Below are positions 1 to 11,772 of a stretch of DNA of 64,000 nt, in pieces (the first letter of the stretch is position 1; every line of letters starts with the position of its first letter). The DNA is taken from the NCBI RefSeq assembly GCF_964213995.1, contig NW_027590163.1, forward strand, positions 1-64,000, given 5' to 3'. The DNA is from Mustelus asterias. Taxonomy: Eukaryota. The translations under genes and the position numbers were made by a program. Under the pieces are notes generated by a model. The model was not told where the DNA came from. It was given only the letters and a program-made list of their open reading frames with translations, and searched no databases.

Positions 1-170
1 CGCATGCTTCACACAGCCCCGCCCCTCATTCACTCCGATTGGTCGGAGGACCAGCTGCTCCCTCGCGACCGTCCAGCCTCCTCTCCCTCTATTGGCCCGG
101 AACTGCCGTCAATCAGTCCCTGGGCATTGTGAGGTGTCGGGTGAGAGGTCAGTGCCGGGGGGCGGGGTTT
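1..170 (+). promoter_or_regulatory. CpG-rich promoter / first exon of ZNF gene 1
   Basis: CGCATGC (NRF1-like), GC box CCCCGCCCC, inverted CCAAT boxes (ATTGG 38-42, 91-95). Reverse-complement paralog of the promoter at 25590-25710. Confidence 0.6.
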
Positions 171-490
171 ACAATGAACATTCTCCACTCTCCCTGTCCA
201 CCGCTTCCGGCTTCTCCCCACAAACCATCTCCAACAAAGAGAGAAGGGGACACACTGACCGAGTGACAATGTCACTGCATTAGTAATCCAGAGAGACAGC
301 ACAATGTTCTGGGGACAGGGCTTCAAATCCATTCAATTAATACAATCTGCAATTTAAAGTTAGTCTCAGTGAGGGTGACTGAGGCTCCTCTGCGAAAATC
401 TCCACACATTCCATTCTGGGCACAAGATTCAGATTCCTGTTTTGTCACAAGGTATGAATGAAATTATGTTCAGTTTGTTATTTTTGTTAA

Positions 491-833
491 ATCATAGAAA
501 CCCTACAGTGCAGAAAGAGGCCATTCGGCCCATCGAGTCTACACCGACCACAATCCCACCCAGGCCCTACCCCCATATCCCTACATATTTTTACCCGCTA
601 ATCCCTCTAATCTATGCATCCCAGGACACTAAGGGGCAATTTTTAGCATGGCCAGTCAACCTAACCCGCACACCTTTGGACTGTGGGAGGAAACCGGAGC
701 ACCCGGAGGAAACCCACGCAGACACGAGGAGAATGTGCAAACTCCACACAGACAGTGACCCAAGCCGGGAATCGAACCCAGGTCCCTGGAGCTGTGAAGC
801 AGCAGTGCTAACCACTCTGCTACCGTGCCGCCC
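491..833 (-). mobile_element. tRNA-derived SINE (HE1/V-SINE type)
   Basis: Minus strand reads GGGCGGCACGGTAGCAGAGTGGTTAGCACTG (A box) ... GGGTTCGATTCCC (B box), the V-SINE core TGTGTGGAGTTTGCAC..GGGTTTCCTCCGGGTGCTCCGGTTTCCTCCCAC, and a TTTCTATG tail. Many copies in the window. Confidence 0.9.
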
Positions 834-876
834 TTAAAATTGGGTTTTTTTGTTAAATTTGTCAAAAATTTGACAA

Positions 877-1170
877 ATGGTACAGTGGTTAGCACTGCTG
901 CTTTTCAGCGTCAGGGACCTGGGTTCGTTTCCCAGATTGGGTCTGTGTGGAGTTTGCATGTCCTCCCCGTGTCTGCGTTGGGTTTCCTCCGGGTGCTCCG
1001 GTTTCCTCCCACAATCTGAAAAATGTGCTGGTTAGGTGCATTGGCCGTGCTAAATTCTCTCTCAGTGTACCCGAACAGACGCTGGAGTGTGGCGACTCGG
1101 GGATTTTCATGGTAACTTCATTGCGGTGTTAATGTAAGCCTACTTGTGACTAATAAATGGACTTTACTTT
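877..1170 (+). mobile_element. V-SINE, subfamily with alternative 3' tail
   Basis: Same tRNA head and core; tail ..AACTTCATTGCGGTGTTAATGTAAGCCTACTTGTGACTAATAAA. Confidence 0.85.
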
Positions 1171-1755
1171 AAAAGGATCTGGAAAAAATTATCTAAAACT
1201 TAATTTGGATATCCAGAGAGTGTGTGGGACGGGAATTTACAGATTTGGGGGAACAAGAGAGGATAAAATGTTCCAGAGAAACTAGAATTACCTGTTCATA
1301 GTTTCTGTCCTGGACTGACATTTGGTTACATTTGTAAACCCCATTGACAGAATATTAGAAGCTGAGGATTTGTGGAGAAAATATTTAATTAAGGATCAAT
1401 TCAGGGTCAAAGTCATTTGGGGGATGAAAGTGAAAAATATTCCACCAAATGAGAACTGTCTGTTCTGAATTTCTATCTTGTACTGACAGTGATGACTTTT
1501 TAAACTCCTTTATCAGGTTATTAGAAGCAGAGGATTTGGAGATAGGAAATGCAAACCAAACATCGCATCAACATCTGATACTCAATGAATCAGAGTGTGA
1601 GTATCATTGGCCTTTGAATGTGGAGGGAAGATTGTTTTAACAAGTTGCATAGCCTTTAAAACATTTCAACATTTGAAGCAGATAGAATCCACATGTACTG
1701 TGTATGAGGCTTGAACTGATCAACCAACCTGGAGAGAAACAAGGATACCAGCCCC

Positions 1756-2430
1756 ACAGAGAAACCGTGTAAATGTGGGGATTGTGGAAAGGGATTCAAG
1801 TATCCATCCCTGCTGGAAATTCATCGACGCAGTCACACTGGAGAGAAACCATTCACCTGCTCTGTATGTGGGAAGGGATTCACTCAGTCAACCACTCTGC
1901 TGAGACACCAGCGATTTCACACAGGGGAGAGACCGTTCCCCTGTTGTGTGTGTGGGAAGGGATTCACTCAGTCATCTGAGCTTCTGATACACTGGAGAGT
2001 TCATACTGGAGAGAAGCCATTCACCTGCTCTGTTTGTGGGAGGGGATTCACTCAGTTATCCCAGCTGCTGACACACCAGCGTGTTCACACTAGGGAGAGG
2101 CCATTCACCTGCCCTGTGTGTGAGAAGCGATTCACTAATTCATCAAACCTGCTTACACACCAGCGAGTTCACACTGGCGAGAGACCATTCGTTTGTTCCA
2201 TGTGTGAGAAAGGATTCACAACTTCATCCAACCTTTTGACACACCAGCGAATTCACACCCGGGAGAGGCCATTCACCTGTCCAGTGTGTGCAAGGGGATT
2301 CAGTCAGCTAGCCCACCTGCTGACACACCAGCAAGTTCACACCCGGGAGAGGCCATTCACCTGTTCAGTGTGTGCGAGGGGATTCAGTCAGCTAGCCCAG
2401 CTGCTGACACACCAGCAAGTTCACAAGTGA
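1756..2430 (+). CDS. C2H2 zinc-finger protein, 8 fingers; canonical start codon lost (possible pseudogene)
   Basis: Frame is open from 1720 to TGA 2428-2430 and reads [33 protein letters not shown].. continuing into ORF 1948..2430. The ATG of the family MEKPWKC start is ACA at 1756. Confidence 0.75.
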   Translation, partial: TEKPCKCGDCGKGFKYPSLLEIHRRSHTGEKPFTCSVCGKGFTQSTTLLRHQRFHTGERPFPCCVCGKGFTQSSELLIHWRVHTGEKPFTCSVCGRGFTQLSQLLTHQRVHTRERPFTCPVCEKRFTNSSNLLTHQRVHTGERPFVCSMCEKGFTTSSNLLTHQRIHTRERPFTCPVCARGFSQLAHLLTHQQVHTRERPFTCSVCARGFSQLAQLLTHQQVHK

Positions 2431-3060
2431 CTGAAGGGTTTGGATTCCACTGATGTTGCTGGCGTTCTCTGTACCCAGGACTGAACCGTGTTCATTCTGA
2501 CAATTCAGGTTTGTCTCTCTGATGTTACCAACCATAGTTCTGGCTGGAGTTTAAGATTCTAGTTAGTTTGCTGATTGTGTTCCTGGGCCTGCAGCCTCCC
2601 TTTAAGAATATGTGTCTGTGATCATTCCCCTGAATTCAGAGAATTCCACCAGCAATCAGTTTGCCACAAATATTGAACTTTTACTTCAATCCTAAATTGA
2701 TCTTTGATTCAAACTCGACAATTCAGTGTCTGAGAGGTTCCACTGATGAACATCTCCAATTAGAAAGTGCTGATTAATCCTTGCTGACAATTCTTACTGA
2801 CCTGCGCGTTACACACAGTGACACCTCCATTATCCCCCAGAAAGAAGGGGAATGGGAATTGGTGGAGAATCAAGCGTTCCCAAATGTTACCCCTCCCGTC
2901 TGGTACAGAAATCCCCTCGGCTCGGGAATGAAGACAGGTCCAATTGAAATAACAAACTTGTGTATATCTTTTATGAAAAAGGGGCTACAAAATCATCAGA
3001 TAGGAGAGATTGGTATCAATCTTATTGAGTAAACAAGTAAACTAAATCAAATTAACTGAG

Positions 3061-3240
3061 GAGAGGGGATTGGTGTCAGTGACTGTGGGGTTTACATCAG
3101 TCAGCAGGAGATTGGTGTCAGTGTGGAGATTTATATCAGACAGGAGGAGATTGGTGTCAGTGACTGTGGGGTTTATATCAGACAGGAGGAGATTGGTGTA
3201 GGTGACTGTGTGTGTGTGTGTGTGTGGGGGGGGGGGGGGG
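3061..3240. repeat. ~42-bp minisatellite (3-4 copies) ending in (TG)n and poly-G
   Basis: Unit GAGGAGATTGGTGTCAGTGACTGTGGGGTTTATATCAGACAG repeated. Confidence 0.85.
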
Positions 3241-3271
3241 GAATGCCGGGGGGCCTGGCCAGGCTGGCGGC

Positions 3272-4228
3272 CTTGGCGAGATGTTCGTCTTCATCAATGA
3301 CATGTTGAAGGCTCTGGAGGAGATGCCGTAGCTTCTCCGCATCTCCTCCAGAGCCTTCAACATGTCATTGATGAAGACGAAGATCTTGCCAAGTCCACAC
3401 CCCCACTTCTTGCCTTCAAACAACCGCACAACCTCAAACAGATCATTGTCCGCAGCAAACTACCCAGCCTTCAGGAGAACAGTGACCATGACACCACACA
3501 ACCCTGGTACAGCAACCTCTGCAAGACGTGCCGGATCATTGACACGGATGCCATCATCTCACGTGAGAACACCATCCACCAGGTACACGGTACATACTCT
3601 TGCAACTCGGCCAACGTTGTCTACCTGATACGCTGCAGGAAAGGATGTCCCGAGGCATGGTACATTGGGGAAACCATGACGCTACGCTACGACAATGGAT
3701 GAATGAACACCGCTCGACAATCACCAGGCAAGACTGTTCTCTTCCTGTTGGGGAGCACTTCAGCGGTCACGGGCATTCAGCCTCTGATATTCGGGTAAGC
3801 GTTCTCCGAGGCGGCCTTCACGACACACGACGGCGCAGAGTCGCTGAGCAGAAACTGATAGCCAAGTTCCGCACACATGAGGACGGCCTCAACCGGGATA
3901 TTGCGTTCATGTCACACGATCTGTAATCCCCACAGCCTGCCTGGACTTGCGGAATTTCACTGGCTGTCCTGTCTGGAGACAATAGACATCTCTTTGACCT
4001 GTCTTGGTGCTCTCTCCACTCACATTGTTTGTACCTTTAAGACTTGATTAGCTGTAAGTATTCGCATTCCAACCATTATTCTGTAAATTGAGTTTGTGTC
4101 TTTATATGCCCTGTTTGTGAACAGAATTCCCACTCACCTGAAGAAGGGGCTTGGAGCTCCGAAAGCTTGTGTGGCTTTTGCTACCAAATAAACCTGTTGG
4201 ACTTTAACCTGGTGTCGTTAAACTTCTT
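3272..4228 (+). mobile_element. Penelope-like retroelement, 5'-truncated (GIY-YIG endonuclease plus pLTR)
   Basis: Translates PLLAFKQPHNLKQIIVRSKL..CKTC..YSCNSANVVYLIRCRKGCPEAWYIGET, then after a frameshift TLRQWMNEHR..VGEHF..EQKLIAKFRTHEDGLNRD: a GIY-YIG domain with the PLE CCHH residues. The 3' repeat is shared with short copies elsewhere. Confidence 0.9.
4135..4171 (+). ncRNA. Minimal type I hammerhead ribozyme motif (Penelope pLTR)
   Basis: cac-CTGAAGA-a-GGGGC ttgga GCTCC-GAAA-GCTT-gtg: conserved core, stem II, palindromic AGCT stem III, stem I cac/gtg. Confidence 0.75.
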
Positions 4229-5248
4229 AACAACCCTACAACTGGCTGAAGTTTAATAATCTGGAGATGTCCCTTTTTAAAGGCACTATCTGTGATCTTT
4301 CAGCTGAATTAAAGAACTGTCAACAGAAACTTGGTTGCAATAAAATTATGAACTTTTTACTTCAATCCTAAATTGATCTTTGATGCAAAATCTACAACTC
4401 ATTGTCTCCCAAAGGTGATGGGTTCCCATCAAGTGGAGGTGACTTTTCCAGCTCAGGTACATTCACAGGATGGAGGAAGGTCACTCCAGCAGCTCAGCAA
4501 CAAGAGCCAACACTGAAAACAACAACCCACAACCAGACCTGAGAACCGCTTCACTCGTGGCAAAACCTGCCCCTCACGGATTGGTCCCTTCAGCCATCAG
4601 TAACAGTGAAGCAGAGGGTGCGTGGGCCTTCAGAGTCTCAGTGACCAGGAGAGAAAACAATTCTGCACAGAGGGGCCTGAGAGCTGAACCCAGACAGAGT
4701 GGAGGGAGGGAGAAAACTGAGTGGAGAAAATAATTGGTGGAGAGGGTGAGATGGGTTTGGATTTCAGCCCAGGGAGGGGGGAGAGTGTGTGAGATGGGGA
4801 TTTACAGATTTGGGGGAAACGAGAGGAAAAAATGTTCCAAAAACAAAACTAGAATGATCTGTTCAGAATTTCTATCCTGGACTGACCGTGATTAATTTTG
4901 TAAACTCTTTTTCCAGGTATTAACAAGAGAAAGATTTGTAGATGCAAAACTCAAAACAAACATTTTGGTTTGAGTCACTCGACCATTCATCAATCTGTGA
5001 ATGTGGAAGGAGAAATGTTTATCTCTTGAAGATTTTAAACATCGTGCAACTGGAAAAACACCGAGACACACACACACACCCGAGTGAGAGTGTTCCAGTG
5101 AACTGACTGTGGAAAGAGCTTTAACCAGTGACACAGCCTGAGAAAACATCACACCATTCACAGCAGGGAGAAACTGTACATGTGTTATCTGCATGGACGA
5201 GGTTTCAACTGATCATCTAACCTGGAGAGACACAAGGACACTGGCACC

Positions 5249-6049
5249 ATGGAGAAACCTTGGAAATGTGGGGAGTGTGGTAAAGGATTCAAGTCTTTAT
5301 TCCGGCTGGAAATCCATCAACGCAGTCACACCGGGGAGAAGCCATTCGTCTGTTCTGTGTGTGGGAAGGGATTTACCAAGACAACCTACCTGATGTTACA
5401 CCAGAGAATTCACACTGAGGAGAGGCCCTTCAGCTGCACTCACTGTGGGAAGAGGTTCAACAGCACATCCAGCCTCGCTACACACCAGCGGATTCACACT
5501 GGGGAGAAGCCGTTCACCTGCTCCGTGTGCGGTGAGAGATTCACTCGGTCATCCAGCCTTTGGACACATCAGCGAATTCACACTGAGGAGAAACCGTTCA
5601 GCTGCACTTCCTGTGGAAAGAGTTTTGGACAGTCATCCACCCTGAATGCTCACCAACGCACTCACACCGGGGAGAGACCATTCACCTGCTCCATATGTGG
5701 GAAGAAATTCTCTCAGTCATTCGATCTGGTGAGACACCAGCGACTTCACACCGGGGAGAGACCATTCACCTGCTCGGTGTGTGGGAAGGGATTCGCTCGG
5801 TTATTCACCCTCCAGTCCCACCACCGCACTCACACTCAGGAGAATCCATTCAGCTGCAGTACCTGTGGAAAGAGTTTCAAGCAGTCATCCAACCTCCTGA
5901 CTCACCGACGCACTCACTCTGGGGAGAGGCCTTTCACCTGCTCCTTGTGTGGAAAGGCATTCACAAGGTCCTCCAGCCTGCTGAGACACCAGCAAATTCA
6001 TAATAGACTGCAAGGATTGGATTCTGCTTTTAATCACAGCCAGGATTGA
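5249..6049 (+). CDS. C2H2 zinc-finger protein, 9 fingers, no KRAB
   Basis: Intact 266-aa ORF starting [14 protein letters not shown] with TGEKPF/TGERPF linkers. Upstream splice acceptor TTTTTCCAG near 4916. Confidence 0.92.
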   Translation: MEKPWKCGECGKGFKSLFRLEIHQRSHTGEKPFVCSVCGKGFTKTTYLMLHQRIHTEERPFSCTHCGKRFNSTSSLATHQRIHTGEKPFTCSVCGERFTRSSSLWTHQRIHTEEKPFSCTSCGKSFGQSSTLNAHQRTHTGERPFTCSICGKKFSQSFDLVRHQRLHTGERPFTCSVCGKGFARLFTLQSHHRTHTQENPFSCSTCGKSFKQSSNLLTHRRTHSGERPFTCSLCGKAFTRSSSLLRHQQIHNRLQGLDSAFNHSQD

Positions 6050-6549
6050 TAGTCTGACAATATTGGTTCGATTTTGCTGATATTAACATCCCTATAAGTA
6101 GCTGGAGTTTAATATTCTGGAGATGTCACTGATTTTCGGAGCTGCAATGTCCCTTTTTAAAAACGCCTTCTGTGATCTTTCCCCTAAATTCAAGAATCCT
6201 TAACAAGAACCTGTTCAACATAAAATGATGAACTTTACTTCAATCCTAAATTAATCTTTGATGCAAATCAGTGTGTGAGAGGTTCCACTGATTAACATCT
6301 CCAATTAGAAAGTCCTGATTAATCCTTGCTGACAATTCTGACTGATGTCTTCACAGTGACACGTACATTATGAAATTAAATATGAAGGAACATAAACAAA
6401 ATAGTGAAATATTATACAGGCACAGTTAAATCTTACATAAAATCCTTAACAATCAATATTGAAGTTGATGAAACTTGGAGGTCTCTGAGTTCACTCATTT
6501 CTGACACAGCAGCAGCAGTTTCACGATCTTGCGATTAAAGTAATACAAT

Positions 6550-6800
6550 AAACAAAGAACAAAGAACAATACAGCACAGGAACAGGCCCTTCGGCCCTCC
6601 AAGCCCGCGCCGCTCCCCGGTCCAGGATTGAATCCTGAATCCAGGATCCCCGCCCAATTTTCCAGCCTATCTACATACCAATATCCTATCCACCGAGCTG
6701 TCCCTCACAGCTACGATGCTTTGTTCATTACAACCTATTAACTCACCCCCACCCCCCCATTCCAGACCATGTGATCTCCAGGGAGAGGCGAAAACCCAGA
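6550..6800 (-). mobile_element. CR1/L2-type LINE 3' end fragment
   Basis: Minus strand ends ..GAGGGCCGAAGGGCCTGTTCCTGTGCTGTATTG(TTCTTTG)n, the typical shark CR1 tail. Confidence 0.65.
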
Positions 6801-7059
6801 GTGAATATCACCATCTGCTGGCGACGTGCACTTACGGCAGGCGCTGGCATCTGTGAGTCTCGGGGAAGTTCAGTCACTGGATGGCTGGAACTGGCATCCG
6901 GTTGATGAAGTGCCAAAATTGAATAACATTGTTCATTCCCTGTTGCAAACTTTCATTCCTAAATTGGAATGAAAGTTTGCAACAGGTTCTTGGGTGGCGC
7001 GTTCGCCCATTTGTCACCAGGCACCGTATAAGAATTTTGTTCCCCATTCCCCATGGGAG

Positions 7060-7307
7060 ATATTGTCTGGAGTTGCAGTTCGGGATTATTGTGTGCATTA
7101 GTATTTAAAATAAATATTTATTGAAGATCTATAACACTGGAAATACGTTTCCAGATCTAGCGGAAAGATTTTCTTGCTGTTTTGCGCAAAGGAAATAAAA
7201 CTGTTCTTTTTAATGTTGCCGGGATGCTTCTCTCTGACACCGCCGTGTATCACTGTGCCACGGAGCCCACACTGCTGCAGAGATAGAGCGGATCCCGGAC
7301 AACAACC
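7060..7307 (+). pseudogene. Degenerate TCR alpha/delta V remnant with RSS
   Basis: ..PDLAERFS.. then a stop/frameshift, then ..GMLLSDTAVYHCATE, heptamer CACACTG (7268-7274), 24-nt spacer, ACAACAACC (7299-7307). Confidence 0.65.
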
Positions 7308-7333
7308 CCACACATGGGAGTTCCAGTTAGGTA

Positions 7334-7347
7334 CCACCAGAGGGCGC
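7334..7347 (+). promoter_or_regulatory. CTCF motif
   Basis: CCACCAGAGGGCGC matches the CCASYAGRKGGCRS core; ~30 bp 3' of a V RSS. Confidence 0.6.
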
Positions 7348-8123
7348 TCTTACGCTGATAAACAGAACCAATAATTCACTCTCCATGTGAGTCACAGGGA
7401 CCTTCCCAAGATATCAGAAAAAAAACACAACCTCAACAAGAGGTGAGCAACATTTGAGGAGTTATATTAGTTTATTTTAACTTGCATTTGTGCTATCGCC
7501 GATCTTCTTAAATCTATTCCATTTTGTTAGTTCAGTTGTTGCCCTTGGATGAAGTTTCCGTGTCTCTAATATTGAGCAACTCGATCCCCATCTCCCCAGA
7601 CAGTTTCTGAAGTCTATTACCGCGGCCTGGTCACTGGGTTTATTTGATCCGAGAGATGTGCTGCTTCCGAGAAAGTGTATACACAATGAAGAAATTTCAC
7701 AATGAAGTGACTGTGATCATTTAAATAGACATTGAGCACAGAATTCCCCCAATGACCAGTGAACTTCAGAATGTTTCCGTAATGCTGTTTTGTTACTATA
7801 AGCAACCCAGAATTTGCAGCTGCTAATTAACAGAGCAGGGTTTCATCCCCGCAACCCCATCCGGAAAAGTGCACCCGTTCCCCTATCGAGGTGCTGAAAT
7901 CAGCTCGGCTCGAGGGATTTCCTTTCGATATCAGCCAGTTCACAACTGAGAGATCTCACAGATTCATAGAGACACAATGATTGAAGTGGCAGGATGCTGG
8001 AAACACTTGGACTGATCACAGGTTAATGAGCAATCTTGCATAACTGACAGTCACATTATGGCTGCATCTGCCCGCGATTCTGAGCAACCCGCAGCAGACA
8101 GGATTTTCAACCTATAGTTAAAG

Positions 8124-8617
8124 GCAGTTTTTTCAGGGGTCACACTGCTTTCCATCACTGTGAGTTTCAGCGAGAGCGCAGTAATACAAGGCAGCGTCAG
8201 TCAGCTGCAGACCCCAGATGGTCAAACTGGTAAATTTACTCCATGCCTGAAGTTCTCCAGAGAAACGGCTTTGAGCGAAATCTGCTACATCGTCACCAAA
8301 CATCGAGTTCTTCCCCACTGTAACACAGGGTGTTGCCGGTACCAGTGTAAATTGTAGTTGCTCATTGTAGTATCATAGGTACAGTTTAAAGTCACAGTTT
8401 TTCCTTCTGTCTGTTATTCTGAGGACAGCGACTGAGTAACAATCTCCATGACCCAGATCTGAAAAACATGTTCGAACGGAAACAGATCAGACCGACTGAA
8501 TCCGTAAAATTCAGTTCAAAAACAAATTTGTAAAATTAAAGTAAATATGAAATGCGTTTGGTCCATAATTCCCTGTCAGGAATGTTCCCGCACAATCCAG
8601 AAGCTGAGTAGCAGCAT
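8124..8617 (-). pseudogene. TRAV: TCR alpha/delta V pseudogene (leader, V exon 8458-8163, RSS)
   Basis: Leader MLLLSFWIV.. has a frameshift and lost GT. Exon fragments read TEGKTVTLNCTYDTTMSNYNLHWYRQHP and DFAQSRFSGELQAWSKFTSLTIWGLQLTDAALYYCALAE, with stops and frameshifts. Heptamer CACAGTG at 8162-8156 plus an A-rich degenerate nonamer. Confidence 0.9.
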
Positions 8618-9182
8618 CGTTGTTGTCTGCTCTGTAAAAGTGGAGTTGGATATTTGAAGACACCCTTTCCAAACTTCACCCTGTATATTTTGCTGTCGTG
8701 TCTCGGAATGCTCTCGCTGCATTTCCCTGTATCCGCTGTGGTGCTGTGGGGTTGGTAGCTGATGAGCTGTCTGCCAGTGAATGGATTCACCCCGAGCTGG
8801 GTTCACTCAGTGTTCTGATAGGGCGAATGGTTTCCTAGTTAGACACGTGGGAAGAGATTTGTAACCGGAAACATGGGGTCACTGATGGGGTTTATTTATT
8901 CCGGCTTCAATTCTTCATCTCCGATTCCAGTAGAATCGATGCCAGTGAATGTGGGCGGATAAAACCCGAGTCTCAGCTTCTTTCATCAGTTCGACAGAGA
9001 GACGCCTCAGTTGGACACGAAGCAGGCGTTTGACTCCTTGTAAACTCTTCCGAATATTAAACCCAGGTCCTGGTTCCAATCTGAACTCCTTGGACAACTG
9101 CTTCAGCAGAAATTTCATGTGATCTGAAAAATGTTCCGAATTCACAGACTCTGTTTGCTGAGTTTCGCTCTGACCTGCACTG

Positions 9183-9464
9183 GGGTGACTGGAGCAGATG
9201 AGGTGATGCAGCTTCCTCGGTGGAAATGTTGTGAGTGAAGGGGGATCCGTATCCATGAACTGCACCACGACCACTACATTTAGCAACGCATATTGGTACA
9301 GACAGTCTCCGAATCAGCCACCCCAGTATCTGGTGATGGCCACAAGAGAAACCGATCAACGCGGGAGGATCACTGCCTCAATCGGCGGAGGCAGCAAATT
9401 CAGCGCCCTGACTGTGAGAGACGCCGGAGTTACAGACACTGCCACCTATCTCTGCGCCGTGAGC
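9183..9464 (+). pseudogene. TRAV: TCR alpha V pseudogene
   Basis: VTGADEVMQLP, then a 1-nt frameshift, then VSEGGSVSMNCTTTTTFSNAYWYRQSPNQPPQYLV..DTATYLCAVS. The acceptor appears mutated (GCACTG for GCACAG). Confidence 0.85.
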
Positions 9465-9503
9465 CACAGTGTGACAAACATAGGGTGAGCCCATACAAAA
9501 ACA
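9465..9503 (+). other. 23-spacer recombination signal sequence
   Basis: CACAGTG + 23 nt + ACAAAAACA. Confidence 0.95.
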
Positions 9504-10926
9504 TGCACAGACTGCGAGAGCAAGTCTGCTGAGTCCGGAGTATCGGCAGAGTGAATGGAATTATAAAAAGTCCATTAACAAAGGAAATGAGCGCAACACA
9601 AAATAAAATATAGAATCTAATTATTAAAATTCGGTCAGAAATGAAGAGAGATGAAAACAGAGATGGAGAAGAAGAAAGAAGGAAGATGTAAACCGCAATG
9701 AGCGAGCAGCAAATAGAAATAGAAAAGTTTAATCTTCATAGGAGAAGTGGACAGAAAATGAGGAAACCATCGAAAGGGAAATGGAAGAGACTGAAAAGCA
9801 CTGATTTTGATGGACAGATTGAAGATCAGATTAAATCATTAACAAAGAGAAGCTTTAATAAAGCAGCGTGTGATTTTTCCAGAACATCAACATTTACTTG
9901 CTATTTCAATAGTTGAATGGTCTGAAACATGTCACCGAAAGACCGGCCACTGGAAATTGCCCTATCGGTAAATTTGGGCTTTGCTCATTATCCCGACTAG
10001 GAGATTTCACATTAACTTCATTGCAGTGTTAATCTAAGCTTCCTTGTGACATTGGTGAATAAATTTTGCAACAAAAACGGAGAACAAGCTACCGATGGTA
10101 TTGAACAGATGCAGCACCTGAGGTTTATTAACAACGACGCAGATTTCAGAACACAAGCGGACACGTGTAACCCTGTACACATCATTGTTGAGGACACAGT
10201 TCAAACACTTGGATCTGTGCAGTGACTCTTCGTTCCTTTAGCGTTAATCTCAGACACAATGTGTAAAACAGACTGGGAAAGATGAAGTGGGGATGAGAGA
10301 GAGAGCACAGTGCTCAGCGGAGACTTGAGCAACTGGGGACATTTTCAATGGAGCTGCAATTCTGTTCAGAAGTGGTTGGCAGACTTGTACCCAATCGGAG
10401 CAGGTTTGGAAAAGGTTGAAAAGGAACTGGTCTCTCAGTGCGTGACTGGATAGCGGTATTTCTGGTGATCTTTATTAAACGGAGGGAGAAGACTTTTGTG
10501 TTCTGTGCAGTCGGCTGCTAGATGGTTCATGCTAAACTGTAATGGGGACAGAATCTATAAGTAATTTGCAGAGACAAGTGGATAAATATTTGACCAGCAA
10601 ACTGAAATTTTAAGTATATAAGATACATCGAATGCAATCTGCTGATAAAGAATAAGTGGGGAACCCATCAACAGAGACAGTACTTGAGCAATGAGCCGAA
10701 TGGTCTCTGTTAGTGCTACAACTGTCTACGATTCTAAGATTATGAACGGCTCTTTTCATTTAGAAAGGCACCAGAGCACAGCCGTTATGAAACAATTTAC
10801 TCTGTTGTTACACACAGGAAGCAGATAGTGGTGACACGGTGGCTCATCAGAGTGTAAAGCTCTCGCCCCTCCTTCCCCTCTCCACCACTCAGAGGCTAGG
10901 CCTCGGCTGCAAGTACCAGTCTAGAA

Positions 10927-11026
10927 ATGAGACCCGGACTGATCCTCCTGGGCATCTTCATCAACATGGAGAAGAACACCCGCAAAAACCGCTTTCCAGT
11001 TGGGACTCTGATGCTGTTGATATTGT
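10927..11026 (+). CDS. Leader exon of the intact TCR V segment
   Basis: MRPGLILLGIFINMEKNTRKNRFPVGTLMLLIL (alternative ATG at 10966), ending in phase 1 at donor GTGAGT 11027-11032. Confidence 0.7.
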
Positions 11027-11074
11027 GTGAGTTTATTTTTCTATTATTCATTATTTCAACACTCTCTTCATATT

Positions 11075-11416
11075 ATCATAGAAACCCTACAGTACAGAAA
11101 GAGGCCATTCGGCCCATCGAGTCTGCACCGACCACAACCCCACCCAGACCCTACCCCCATATCCCTACATATTTTACCCACTAATCTCTCTAACCTATAC
11201 ATCCCAGGACACTAAGGGGCAATTTTAGCATGGCCAATCTACCTAATCTGCACATCTTTGGACTGTGGGAGGAAACCGGAGCACCCGATTGGAAACCCAT
11301 GCAGACACGAGGAGAATATGCAAACTCCACACAGACAGTGACCCGAGCCGGGAATCGAACCCAGGTCCCTGGCGCTGTAAAGCAGCAGTGCTAACCACTG
11401 TGCTACCGTGCCGCCC
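11075..11416 (-). mobile_element. HE1/V-SINE inside the V leader intron
   Basis: Near-full copy of the 491-833 element. Confidence 0.9.
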
Positions 11417-11451
11417 CATGCGGTTTGTGAGTGATTTTCTTCTGTTCACAG

Positions 11452-11733
11452 CCGTTCAGTGTGAGGATCAGAGCTCCCACCCTGAGCAGATGGTGTCTCG
11501 GGAAAGGGAACAGTTTGAACTGAATTGTCGGCTCTCCATTGGTCCAGACGTTACCGTACTCTGGTACAGACAAACACTGACATGGGCTCCGACATTGATC
11601 GCCTCCATTTACGATGGAAGTGCGACCAAAGGACGTTACACACTGTCCTTTGACCGAGTAAAGAATTCAAAAACCATCTGTATTGATGACACCTCGGTCC
11701 AGGACTCCGGAATGTATCTGTGCGTGAAGCAGA
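11452..11733 (+). CDS. TRAV: Intact TCR alpha/delta-type V exon
   Basis: Acceptor TTCTGTTCACAG, phase 1. Reads SVQCEDQSSHPEQMVSREREQFELNCRLSIGPDVTVLWYRQ..GRYTLSFDRVKNSKTICIDDTSVQDSGMYLCVKQ with canonical C, W, C. Confidence 0.85.
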
Positions 11734-11772
11734 CACAGTGAGACAAAGAGCGGATCCGGATGAACAATATCC
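11734..11772 (+). other. 23-RSS
   Basis: CACAGTG + 23 nt + ACAATATCC. Confidence 0.9.

Noticed and set aside
491-833. tRNA genes
   Set aside because: The A/B boxes belong to SINE heads; no full cloverleaf in any copy.
2781-3032. ORF containing VWYRNP, suggestive of an Ig V
   Set aside because: No flanking cysteines, DxxxYxC or RSS.
6261-6268. Octamer ATGCAAAT
   Set aside because: Sits in a ZNF 3' flank and is not conserved in the paralogous flanks near 2705 and 4382.
6808-6821. Reverse CTCF-like motif CCAGCAGATGGTGA
   Set aside because: Very similar to a DeuSINE internal sequence (CAGCAGATGGTGAA), so it cannot be distinguished from repeat debris.
7440-7700. Possible further V remnant (SLILSN..SEVYYRGL + CACTGGG)
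   Set aside because: Too degenerate: no Cys, Trp or nonamer at the right spacing.
10306-10345. Isolated CACAGTG heptamer
   Set aside because: No nonamer at 12 or 23 nt and no coding segment.
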